A DNA stretch of 64,000 bases, from the NCBI GenBank assembly GCA_051294905.1, contig CM119381.1, positions 19,282,001 through 19,346,000 on the forward strand. The letters are read 5' to 3'. Positions within the stretch are counted from its first letter, which is position 1, and each line of letters starts with the position of its first letter. The notes beneath the pieces were generated by a model. The model ran no database searches, had not been told where the DNA came from, and saw only the letters and a program-made list of their open reading frames with translations. The DNA comes from Botryllus schlosseri (taxonomy: Eukaryota). The translations under genes and the position numbers were made by a program. Shown here one piece after another: positions 35,290 to 45,800 of this stretch.

Positions 35290-38200
35290 TTATGGCTTGG
35301 AATGTAATGAGGCTTTCGCGGATACGATCGTGCTTAGAGTCGTCGTGCTTGGAATACGCTTTGCAGTCCTCCTATCTTGCATCGAAGACCCGATTCTACT
35401 TCCCATCTTTGACCCGCCGATGCTATTGTTAGGATGGTGACCAAACTCGACGCCTCGGCCTTTCTTTTCCAAAATCTTTAACCTTTGTGTATTGTCGTTC
35501 CTGACTTGCGCCTCAAAATCGAGCAGGTCTTTCGGAAACAACGTCTTTTCGTCAAAGGCAGCTTTCAGCATTGCCCGTGATTCGTTGACCAACGGAAGAT
35601 CCACAACGTCCTTCTTCTTCCCGCTCTTATCAGATGGCTTTTCGCCGAAATATTTGTGCGGATGCAGCATGAAATCGGGCTTTTTCATTGAAGGCATTTG
35701 ACCGAGTTCATTGTAATCGAGTATTCCGTACGGGCCTACGGCCGACTCTTCAATATGGTTTTTATATCCGGGAATCGTACCGGGTTGCTTCCGCTCTCTT
35801 TTTTCAAGTCGGCTTTCCTTGTAGGCCATTCCAAGCACAGTAGAGTCCCAAGTGCTAACGCGGTAAGATGGATCATACACGAAATCTTCGGCGGATTCTT
35901 CATGGAATATTATTACTTCTTCCTCTTCGTGAGATTCCTTGACCTCGTCGGTTTCTTCAACGTCTTCCACGATGTCTTTGATCTCCGGCGCTGTATCAAT
36001 TCTCCAATGGTTGTCCTGCCCAAATTCCCCGATATGATTACCATCAATATCGCTCATGGAGACGCTACAATCTGACGACGCGGTGATTACTAAAAGTCGA
36101 TTGTTTCTAACGCACGTATCAATGCAATTTATTGCGTCGCCGTGACGGTGCCAGGCAGCGTGCAAAGGAGGGGGCTCGCTTTTGACATGATCTGTACCCG
36201 TAGACAGGTAATTTTTAATATACCAAACCTTAACGCCACCATCGCTATCACCAGTGATGAGATACTGATCATCGACATCAGTAGCATTGATTGCGTTTCC
36301 TGCGTGGGGGTGTGCTATGAATTCAGACATTAAGGTTGTTTGGTTGGTATTCCAAAACCGAACCCAGCCCCCACCGCCGGATGAGACTAAATCTGCGCAA
36401 TCGCCAGATGAGTTTCCTCCGTTCATTCTTGTTTTCAAAAAGGTCAAGGACGATATTACAAAGCTAAATTCCAATTCGCTGGTTTGACTTTCTGTAGTCG
36501 TGGGACGTGAGACAACGTCGATCTCTCCGCCAGTGTTTGGTCTCTTACTCCACTTTTGCCGAGATCTCGCCTGAAGTTTTCTGGTGGCGTTTTCTGATTG
36601 TGTATTCCAAATCACGATCTCTCCATCGTAACTTCCAGTGGCAAGGGTGGTAGGAGATGAATAAGCGGCGGCTTGTATATCGTCTTGATGCTGCTGTCCG
36701 CCTTTCCAATCTACGGGCTGTATGTGATATTGCGTTAGTCCGCTTCGGAACACGGTAATATATTTATCCCAGCCGATCGCAAGAATTGATCTCCTCAGGA
36801 CCAGGATTTGCGAGATATCGATGGCGCCTCCACGTCCTGCCATTAGCTGATGATGGCAATGGCCGTTGAAGTCCCAGACCTTGATTGTGCCGTCTGAGCT
36901 TCCTGTGAAAAATCGGGTTTCTGTGCTATCGAATACCAGCGCGTTTATTTCGAAGTCACCGTGACATTTCGCAAATTGTTTGACTTTCTGGCCGCTGTCA
37001 ATCATCCAAACCGTCACGGTGCCGTCTTGAGACGCAGATACGACTTGATTATACAAGCTGTTATACAGTGCATTTGTTACAGGCCTTTCATGGCTCATTA
37101 CTCTGTCTCGTATCTCAATTTTCATCTCGAGCATCGTCAGTTGATAATTGAAAGTAACGAATAGTCTGTTTTTGATGTCATCGAAATATAAAATTGTTTG
37201 CACCTCTGGCCCCTTGGGAAATATATTCGCTATGCGCTGAAGACATAATTGTTGTTGAATATCCCATATTCGAAGGACCTTATCAACCGAAAAAGTCATC
37301 AATTGTTGCCGGTTGAGATTCAAAGTAACCTGTATAACTGATGCCATATGGCCAGTTAATATACCGACAGGCTTGGATATAACGTAAGGATTCCATAAAC
37401 AAACCAGATTATTTACACTCCCGGTCGCAATGAGGTTCAACTGCTGATGGTAGTCAAAACAGTGTACTCCATGAGAAAATCGAAATGAGGTGGTGCGCAT
37501 TACGTTGCTGGCTTTCTCGATGAATCCAAGAATAATAGTCTTTTCCTTACCGGTAGAACAACTGATAAAACATTCTAGGTGTTCGGCATACTTGACTTGT
37601 CTCACCCACCCTTTGTGTCCGACATGATGTACAAATCTGCAGTTTTTGTGTTTAGATGTATCCTTTGCCAACTCTTTCAAATACACATTTACTGTAGCAT
37701 TGTTCTGCTGTTTGCTCTCGGAAGCATCTCTTTGAGGTCGATCGAAAAGAGCTATTTGCGCCGACGAAAAACACAATGCAGATACTTGACCTCCCACATC
37801 TCCATAAACCAGAATGGCTTCATTCAAGTCATCTGGATTGCCATAAAAGTCAAGGCAAAGAGGCGTACTGTGAAGACCCTTGAGCTTATATTGACAACTG
37901 AAATCTACTTTTGCGCTTAAATCGTAAAATGCAATTTCTTTACTTGTGAAAGCAACAGCAATTTTATTCAAGTGTGGCAATAGAACAAAGTCCGTAACCC
38001 ATATATCTCTAGGTTTTACCGACTCGGTGGTGAGCTTCAATTCCCGCTGTAATTTCATATGAGTATCCCAGAATGATATACATCCTTCTCGACTGACAGA
38101 CAAATATCTGTTGGTTGATTTCAAAAATTGAATTTTCTGAATAGTGTCTTTATGCGGTGTTTGTATTGTTTTTAACTCCTTCCATTGAGGTACTTGGGTA

Positions 38201-38637
38201 GTTTTGACTTTTTCATCTTTTTCCAGCAATTCATACAGTAGAAATTGAACGAACTTATCCCATGTGACTTTCCCTTCCTTGGTAATATCGATACGGTCAA
38301 ACATTTCAGCGTATTCATCAATTGTGCCCTTGCTGACTAATTTTGAAAGCCTTTCAGCGAAATTGTCACGATCAAGATTCAATGATTTATCCAACACTAT
38401 TCCGGTCTGCATTTCAGAACCTTCTGGTTGAAATGCAGACATGAGAATCTTGAGATCATTTTCATTGAGGCGAACTTCCAGTTTTTCGCCGAGCATCGCC
38501 GGCATCTTACTGGTGTTCGAACTGCTGTTTATAGAGCCTGGAGATCGTTCGGCAACTGCAATCGCAGGACGATCCATATTTACGTTCATTGCCCCTCCTG
38601 CTATCTCAGATGATTGCACTGTCGCTGATGAAGACAT
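35290..38637 (-). CDS. WDR49: WD repeat-containing protein 49 / CFAP337-like (N-terminal EF-hand, many WD40 repeats), intronless, 1115 aa
   Basis: Uninterrupted ORF; EF-hand-like MFDRIDITKEGKVTWDKFVQFL; NKIAVAFTSKEIAFYDL..FSCQYKLKGL..TPLCLDF matches WDR49 as recalled; multiple GH...WD repeats. WDR64/WDR95/EFCAB8 relatives cannot be fully excluded. Confidence 0.85.
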   Translation of the reverse strand: MSSSATVQSSEIAGGAMNVNMDRPAIAVAERSPGSINSSSNTSKMPAMLGEKLEVRLNENDLKILMSAFQPEGSEMQTGIVLDKSLNLDRDNFAERLSKLVSKGTIDEYAEMFDRIDITKEGKVTWDKFVQFLLYELLEKDEKVKTTQVPQWKELKTIQTPHKDTIQKIQFLKSTNRYLSVSREGCISFWDTHMKLQRELKLTTESVKPRDIWVTDFVLLPHLNKIAVAFTSKEIAFYDLSAKVDFSCQYKLKGLHSTPLCLDFYGNPDDLNEAILVYGDVGGQVSALCFSSAQIALFDRPQRDASESKQQNNATVNVYLKELAKDTSKHKNCRFVHHVGHKGWVRQVKYAEHLECFISCSTGKEKTIILGFIEKASNVMRTTSFRFSHGVHCFDYHQQLNLIATGSVNNLVCLWNPYVISKPVGILTGHMASVIQVTLNLNRQQLMTFSVDKVLRIWDIQQQLCLQRIANIFPKGPEVQTILYFDDIKNRLFVTFNYQLTMLEMKIEIRDRVMSHERPVTNALYNSLYNQVVSASQDGTVTVWMIDSGQKVKQFAKCHGDFEINALVFDSTETRFFTGSSDGTIKVWDFNGHCHHQLMAGRGGAIDISQILVLRRSILAIGWDKYITVFRSGLTQYHIQPVDWKGGQQHQDDIQAAAYSSPTTLATGSYDGEIVIWNTQSENATRKLQARSRQKWSKRPNTGGEIDVVSRPTTTESQTSELEFSFVISSLTFLKTRMNGGNSSGDCADLVSSGGGGWVRFWNTNQTTLMSEFIAHPHAGNAINATDVDDQYLITGDSDGGVKVWYIKNYLSTGTDHVKSEPPPLHAAWHRHGDAINCIDTCVRNNRLLVITASSDCSVSMSDIDGNHIGEFGQDNHWRIDTAPEIKDIVEDVEETDEVKESHEEEEVIIFHEESAEDFVYDPSYRVSTWDSTVLGMAYKESRLEKRERKQPGTIPGYKNHIEESAVGPYGILDYNELGQMPSMKKPDFMLHPHKYFGEKPSDKSGKKKDVVDLPLVNESRAMLKAAFDEKTLFPKDLLDFEAQVRNDNTQRLKILEKKGRGVEFGHHPNNSIGGSKMGSRIGSSMQDRRTAKRIPSTTTLSTIVSAKASLHSKP

Positions 38638-38769
38638 ACTAATCAGCTTAAACGATACGACGATGCATCAATTAAGACACCAAATTCGTGTTTCAAAGCC
38701 TTCCAAACCGACTCTAGCAAACTGTCTTCGACTAGGTCGATATAAAAGACCAACGAGTGCTTGGGTATC

Positions 38770-38783
38770 GTTGTCTTGGTAGC
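38770..38783. promoter_or_regulatory. Possible RFX X-box upstream of WDR49
   Basis: GTTGTCTTGGTAGC (reverse GCTACCAAGACAAC), an imperfect match to GTHNYYATRRNAAC, ~135 bp upstream of a ciliary-gene ATG. Confidence 0.3.
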
Positions 38784-39820
38784 GTACATGATGCATATCG
38801 GTGATTAGCGAACCATGCAGAAAACGTAGACCAGTTTGTTCACTACGAGTCTTCGGTACTTATTTCGCTATTACGCTATTGAAAAACTACCTTATTGGCA
38901 AAACTATTTTATTACTTTGTCGTTCTGTTGGTTTGATTGAAAAAGGTCTGATTTGAGACTAATATAACAGTTGAACAAACAGTGACGATGGAATTTCAAA
39001 GAACCCACTGGTCACAGCGACGGCACCGGTTGAACTAGCTTGTAGCAATGAAGAAATATGAGCATCAAAGATAGCTTGACGTGTGTCAAGCCGAACCATT
39101 TAAAAATATATTTTATGGGAAATAGTACAGTTGTACACAAGCCTACCCTGCTTTAATTTGGTTTGTAATTTATGGAGTAGGGAGCCGAAAAAACGAAACA
39201 TTGCAATCTCAAGCAACTATGCTTGGCTCAGAGTTCTCAACCAGTCAGTTTTCGAAGGAATGTATAATATAAACATAGGAATCAGCATTTTACTATCGGT
39301 TTGTAGACGAATATCCTATCGTTGACCCAAGGGTTTATTTCTCACATCGTAGGTTTCGTATATAAATAAGTAGCACTCGTAATGACTCATCGTCATCAAA
39401 AGTCTCGATCACGAAAATGACGTCAGTGGGTCGATCGGAAGATGCTTTTCACATCTGTATGGAAGGTTGATGAGAGGTGGAAACTTTCTGAAAATTAGTA
39501 GTTAATGCCGGTGACAGTTAACACTTGAACGATAATAAGGGATCTGCTCTTCAGAGTACTGGTGGTGTATTAATATCAAGTGAAATGGATGATAAAGCGG
39601 AGCCGGGCTAAGAACGAGATTCATTGGGGATTTTGCATAATTATTGTCAGTTTGTTAGGTTATTGTGCCGCAGTATATGGACTCCTTTACTCACTGCACC
39701 AAGTTATATGCTTCTCATTTCGGAAGAGGTGTGTGTAATGAACAAAACATCGTATTCCATTTGTACAGTGGCATAGGTGAAAAATTCAGACCGCATTACG
39801 ACCTAACCTAACCCAATACA

Positions 39821-42800
39821 ATGGGGTCTCTTTTCCGAAGTGAGGAGATGTGCCTGGCACAACTATACCTGCAAACTGAAGCAGCATATACATGTGTCAG
39901 TGAGCTAGGTGAACTGGGACTCGTGCAATTCCGAGATGTGAGTACGATTTTAATATTTCTGTACCTCATCTATAGTCTGATTTGATACGAGAATGCTTCT
40001 ATCCTTGCTTGTAAACTGTTGTATATGAAACTGAGCTGGTTAACGTAATTACGTAATGTAAGAAATTTTTGTTGATATCATGCGAGGATGATGCTAGTGT
40101 TGAATTTGAATTGATAATAAATCAGTGACCACAATGACAAACATTTGGCGCTTCTTCGTTTTACGATCATGACAAGCCAGTGTTCCCCCATGACACCAAC
40201 AAATGTTTCCCATGAACAGTTGAACACGAACAAAAATTTATAAACGTCAAAATAAATTGTTTGTTTTTTTGCCTTTGGATATATTGATATTAGGGTTGGG
40301 GTGGGAGGCTATCAGAGCTGGAGGTGGGTTAGGGTCAATGCTGTGGTTAGGGTATCCGAAGATTGGGGTTGGGGGATATTAGGGTTGGGGGAGGTGGGAT
40401 ATTAGGGTTAGGGGAGGTGGGATATTAGGGTTGAGGGTTAGGGGAGGCGGGATATAGGGTTGGAGAGAGGGGGATGTTTGGGTTGGGGAGAGGGGTAATA
40501 TTAGGGTTGGAGAAGAGGGTTAGGGACATGATATCCCCCTCTTCCCCAGACTGGAATCGGTGGTTATTTTCGACAACATGTTGTGCGTGACAGACGGATT
40601 TCTCGCGTGATTGGAAAATTTCATCCGTGTGACGGAAATATTTTTCGCTCTAATTCAATACTGAATTACTTATTAAACGACATAATGTGCTAAAATAGAC
40701 CTGGTATACGCCGGACTAGGGCTACGCCGTGTATCCGCTGTTACACAAATGCCACGCTTGCTTGAGTTCATTTCAAAGCGCAAGCGCCTTATTCTGGATC
40801 TGGACTCTGGTATCACTTTGTGACGTCAGCATAATTCATTATTCGGCGTGATCAGAAATAAATGCTCGCGTGACGTTGCGCGTGCCGTTGCCACCGATTC
40901 CACTCTGGCCTCTTCCCAACCCTAATATCCCGCCTCCCCTAACATCACCCTCTCCCTCAACATTAATATCCCACCTCCCCTAATCCTAACCTAACCCTAA
41001 TCATAACCCTAACCTAATACTAAGCTAACCCTAATATCCCACCTCCCCTAACCCTAATCCTAACCTAACCCTAATCATAACCCTAACCTAATCCTAAGCT
41101 AACCCTAACCCTAATATCCCACCTCCCCTAACCCTAATCCTAACCTAACCCTAATCATAACCCTAACCTAATCCTAAGCTAACCCTAACCCTAATATCCC
41201 ACCTCCCCTAACCCTAATATCCCACCTCCCCTAACCCTAATATTCCACCTCCCCTAACCCTAATATCCCACCTCCCCTAACCCTAATATCCCACCTCCCC
41301 TAACCCTAACATCCATCTCCCCCCAACCCTAATATACCCCCTCCGCCAACCCTAATCCGTCTCTCCCAAGGAAAAAACAATTTATTTTGACGTTTATAAA
41401 TTTTTGTTCGTGTTCATGGGAAATATTTGTTGGTGTCATGGGGGAACACTGGCTTGTTATGATCGTAAAACGAAGAAGCGCTAAACATTTGACTGATCTG
41501 TAATATCAAAATGAACGCAATAACATATTGTTAACTGTATTTACGACTTACAGCTTAATGCAGATGTGAATGCATTTCAACGTAAATTCGTCACCGAAGT
41601 TCGGAGATGTGACGAACTCGAGCGAAAACTGAGTAAGTCATCGAAAATTTTATTATCTGTTATATGCATCGACCTAATTGATCAATATCAGAGATAGATA
41701 CGTGTAATGGAATGTAGTCCCTTTCTTATGTGCTTCTTGTTAATTTGCCCTATCGTCGAAGTTAATACCGGTCTGTGCCAAACAAATTCAACTATTACAA
41801 GTTATACCTGTTGTTGTTTCCTCTACTAATTTATTTTACAAGTTTGTTGATCTTGCGTGTGAATCATTTCCTTGATACTTGGCATCCTGGTTTATGGCGC
41901 TGTTATTGAAGCACTAGTAGCTGAATTTCACCTAATGAAGGTGGCATTCTGTTCTTATTGCCTCTTATGTAGGGTGAATAAACACTTTCTCTGCCTTCCA
42001 TCTAAAGCAGTGGTTCCCAACCTTTTTCGGTGGCAGGGCCAAATTTAGAATTTCAGAGTACGACCGGGGCCGCACAAATACCAAGGCAATGAAAGGAACC
42101 GAAAATAGTCACCGAAATATGAAAATTGGCATTGTTCCGATCATTCGCTTGACGCCATTGGCCATTGTGTTGCCGCGCTACCGTTGTTCAGAACAATCAA
42201 CCTTTGCTGGCTATTTCAGAGTAGTTTTATTGCCCTGGCGAGATTTCAATTCGTATTTTTGGAATCAGTGCGGCACTCGCTTTCGATAAACACCGACATA
42301 TCAAATTATTCGGACGCTTGGGTCGCGAGCTATAGGGCTACCAATTATGCTGTTTTTTGCCGGCTAAGCAGTACGCATCTCGATTGGGTTCGATCTTACG
42401 TCTGGGGGCCGTAACAGCACTTCGTCAGCCCCCCCCCAAAAAAAACGTTTCTCTTGGGCCCCCATAGGGTGATAAACAGAACTTCGAAGCCCCCAGACCC
42501 CCTCAGGCTAGATGACCGTTTACCACTATTTATCATCTAAATCGGGTGTCCGTTTTAGGCAGCTTCACTCGACTAATCGCGTCAAGCGCGAAAAATTTCT
42601 ATAATTCATGATTGAATCGGTCAATATAATCGGGAATTGCATATATATTGGTATCAATTTTTATCCTCTCTCTGCTCACGTAATCAGATTGACCGGTTGA
42701 GCCGAGTGAGTTGTGTTTGAAAAGGTAGGACCACTCAATAATAATTAAACATCTTCGGGCGTATGCCCGCTGACAGGAATGAAACAGCACTTCGTCAGGC

Positions 42801-45800
42801 CCCCAAACACTTAGGTCTTGAGCTCCCATAGGGTGATAAACCGACCCCCCGTGCCGTTGTTCGCTTCTGCCACGAAATCAGGATCCCCGTTTAGTGAGCC
42901 AGCGTGGAGCGCGAAAATTTTCGATAATTCAATATAAAATAGGTCAATAAGATCGGGAATTGCGTATATATTGCTATCAATTACTCGTCCTCTCTGCTCA
43001 CTTAATCAGATTTACCGGTAGAGCTGAGTGAGGTGTCTTGGAAACTGTAGGGCCCGTAAATAATAATTAAACATATTCGGACGTGCGAACCCGTTGGTAC
43101 GACTTCGTTACATGATGTTATTTGTTATTTCGTGACCTTCAGTCTGCTATATCAAGAAATATAGAATCGCCCAAACATACTAAACTAAAACATGCACACG
43201 ATTTCAAATTGGTAGTTCTTCACTGGCATATAATTCATCCCTGCGGGATGGTAGCCTATTTGTCTCGTGACGTTCAGATTGCCAAGACAGTAGCATTCGG
43301 CGCCAGTCACTTAGGCGCCTATGGTCAATTATGTGTATTTTTATATAGGCTACAACGAATTGGTCAGCGTAAGGGCACTGGGCAGTCCTTTTCGGCCAAA
43401 GTTTTCTCGCTGCCGATCGTTCTGGCACACTACTTGGAGTAATATGTTACATGGCCTAAAACGTTATGTGTCTTCGTGCGTCGTGGCGCGGTAATGGCCA
43501 ACGCCGATATGCCCACTTCTATAAATCTTGCGTATTTTATCTTGGTCGAAGAGTACCCAATAATTAAGGTACTTGGAAACTTGAAATCGCGTGCAGCGCC
43601 AAAAATATTTGAAAAAGTTGCGTAACATTTCATAAAATACTCTATAATTTATGCTAATTCACTAAATAATTTTGGGCCCCCTTCGAGCTCGCTCCCCCCA
43701 ATCGGGGGCTTGGGGTGCGGCAGTTACGGTCCTGTCAATACCTATATTTATAGGTACTGCCCGTTCAACTGGAAAGTTAGGGCACATACCATTGAAACAG
43801 CAGTGACGTAATCTTAGCAGTCTATTCACAACTTTCCTGCAATCCTAATCGAAAACTCCAGACTCTAAGCCAAGCATGAGTATTTTATAAATATAATTTT
43901 TTTTTCATAAATCGATTTCTCAATATTTTTGTGGGGGCCGCAAGAAGGCTAGCTGCGGGCCGCATGCGGCCCTCAGGGCCGCGGTTGGGAATCACTGATC
44001 TAAAGCTACTTTGAATCAATATATTGTATCAAGTGCTTCATTGTTAAAATTTCTAAATTGAATTTTTTTGTGGAATGAGCTTCATTGACGAATATCTCGT
44101 GGTCGATATAGTCATATGGTATCAAATATGTTTCGATTCCTCTCATATATAAATGTGCATTTGTATTCACGATCAATGTCTTTTAAGTAGCTGATGATGT
44201 TGTAATTAGTGTGTATGTTTTATTTCTAAGGATTTTTTGAAAGAGAACTGACCAAAGACGATATTGAAATTGTTGATACTGGTGAAAATCCAGATGCTCC
44301 GTTACCGAGTCAAATGATTGAACTGGAGGCAAGTGACTTTGCTATATATATCTAGTTCTTGGGATTTGTTTTAAAAAATATATCAGATCAAAATTACTAT
44401 GACCATCAATCATTAATGCAAACTGAATCTACAGACCACATTTGAAAAGCTTGAAGGCGACATGAAAGAGGTAAACACAAATCAAGAAGCGTTAAAAAGA
44501 AATTTTCTGGAGTTGACGGAATTGAAACACATCTTACGTAAAACACAAAATTTTTTCGAAGAGGTAAGGGCCGTGATCTAGGTCACTATTTTTCTGTTAT
44601 AGGCAACTGGGCAACTCCTTTTTTCATGATAGACTCGTTGCTATTATATGGTTGCATGTAGACGGTGTTAACTGTCATGCTATCTACGACGAGCATCCGC
44701 AATCTGAGCTTAGCCAGCATTCTTCAAATGTAGCAAATAATCCAGTTGACCATATTGCTTGTCATAGAACAATTTTTCGAAATTCAATCTCCACTTTGTA
44801 TTAATGATGCTGCATTGCTGCAACTTCTATGTATATTTTGCATTAGCTGATTTCTAGGATCTTAGACAGCTAGCTATCTAGCCTAATAACCATATTTTCA
44901 TTATTCACTGTGCTAGTATTTAGCTCAATTGGGATGCATGGCTGTTGATTTTTCACATTATGTATACTCATGGGAATGCCTTTGATGCATGGTTTGGATA
45001 TTGTGACATTTCTTGCATGCATTAACGGGAAGTGAATATTGATCAGTCTTCAATCTTTGATTAGAGGCAGTGCGCTTTTGCAAAGATTCTGAAAAATTTA
45101 CGCTATCACAGTGGTCGGCTCCTCGGTGGTCATCTTCATTATGTTATCTGTAGTATATATTACCGAGGCTCATTACGAATCATTCAATGCCAAGCTGCTA
45201 CCCATGATTTCATACTAACTAACTAGCATGGGTGGGTGGGTACCCATTCCTTTCCTTGATATGCTCAGACTTCTTGTCTATGGACTCAGCATATCGTCAT
45301 CGTTGGTGATGAGTCTGTATCAAAAATCTGGTTATGTGTTTAATGGCACCTTAGGGCATGATGCGGACCGATTCTCTTCCACGTTACATGTGTTTGTTGT
45401 GTCATAACATTTGATCAAATGTGTTCGGTTTCAGCTGCTTACTTGTCGTGTCACGGTATAATCCAGTATGTTTGTATCACCATCTCACATTTAGGCGGCA
45501 TTGTACCAGCATCAGCAGCAAGGAGCAGATTCAGATGACGAATCGTCACATGCCCTTCTCGGTAGCGAGTTTACGAGTAGGGGGGAATTTATGAAACTGG
45601 GGTGAGTTAACAAGTTTCGAGGGGGGCTGTGCAGCGTCGACTTACCCCAGTTTACAGATTTTTGTCTCGTTACAAAATGCCATCGTCGTTCTGTCTGTTT
45701 CCTGTATTTCCTCCTCAGTGTTGTCCGTATGCAGCACGCCTTCGTAGTCGCATGTCGCAGTTAAAATCTTACCGGATCTTGCAGAGTTTGCTGCTACTGG

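Noticed and set aside
40290-41365. Possible telomere or interstitial chromosome fusion site
   Set aside because: The repeats are impure, embedded in 24/80-nt units, and enclosed by TIRs with a flanking duplication, so a transposon explains them.
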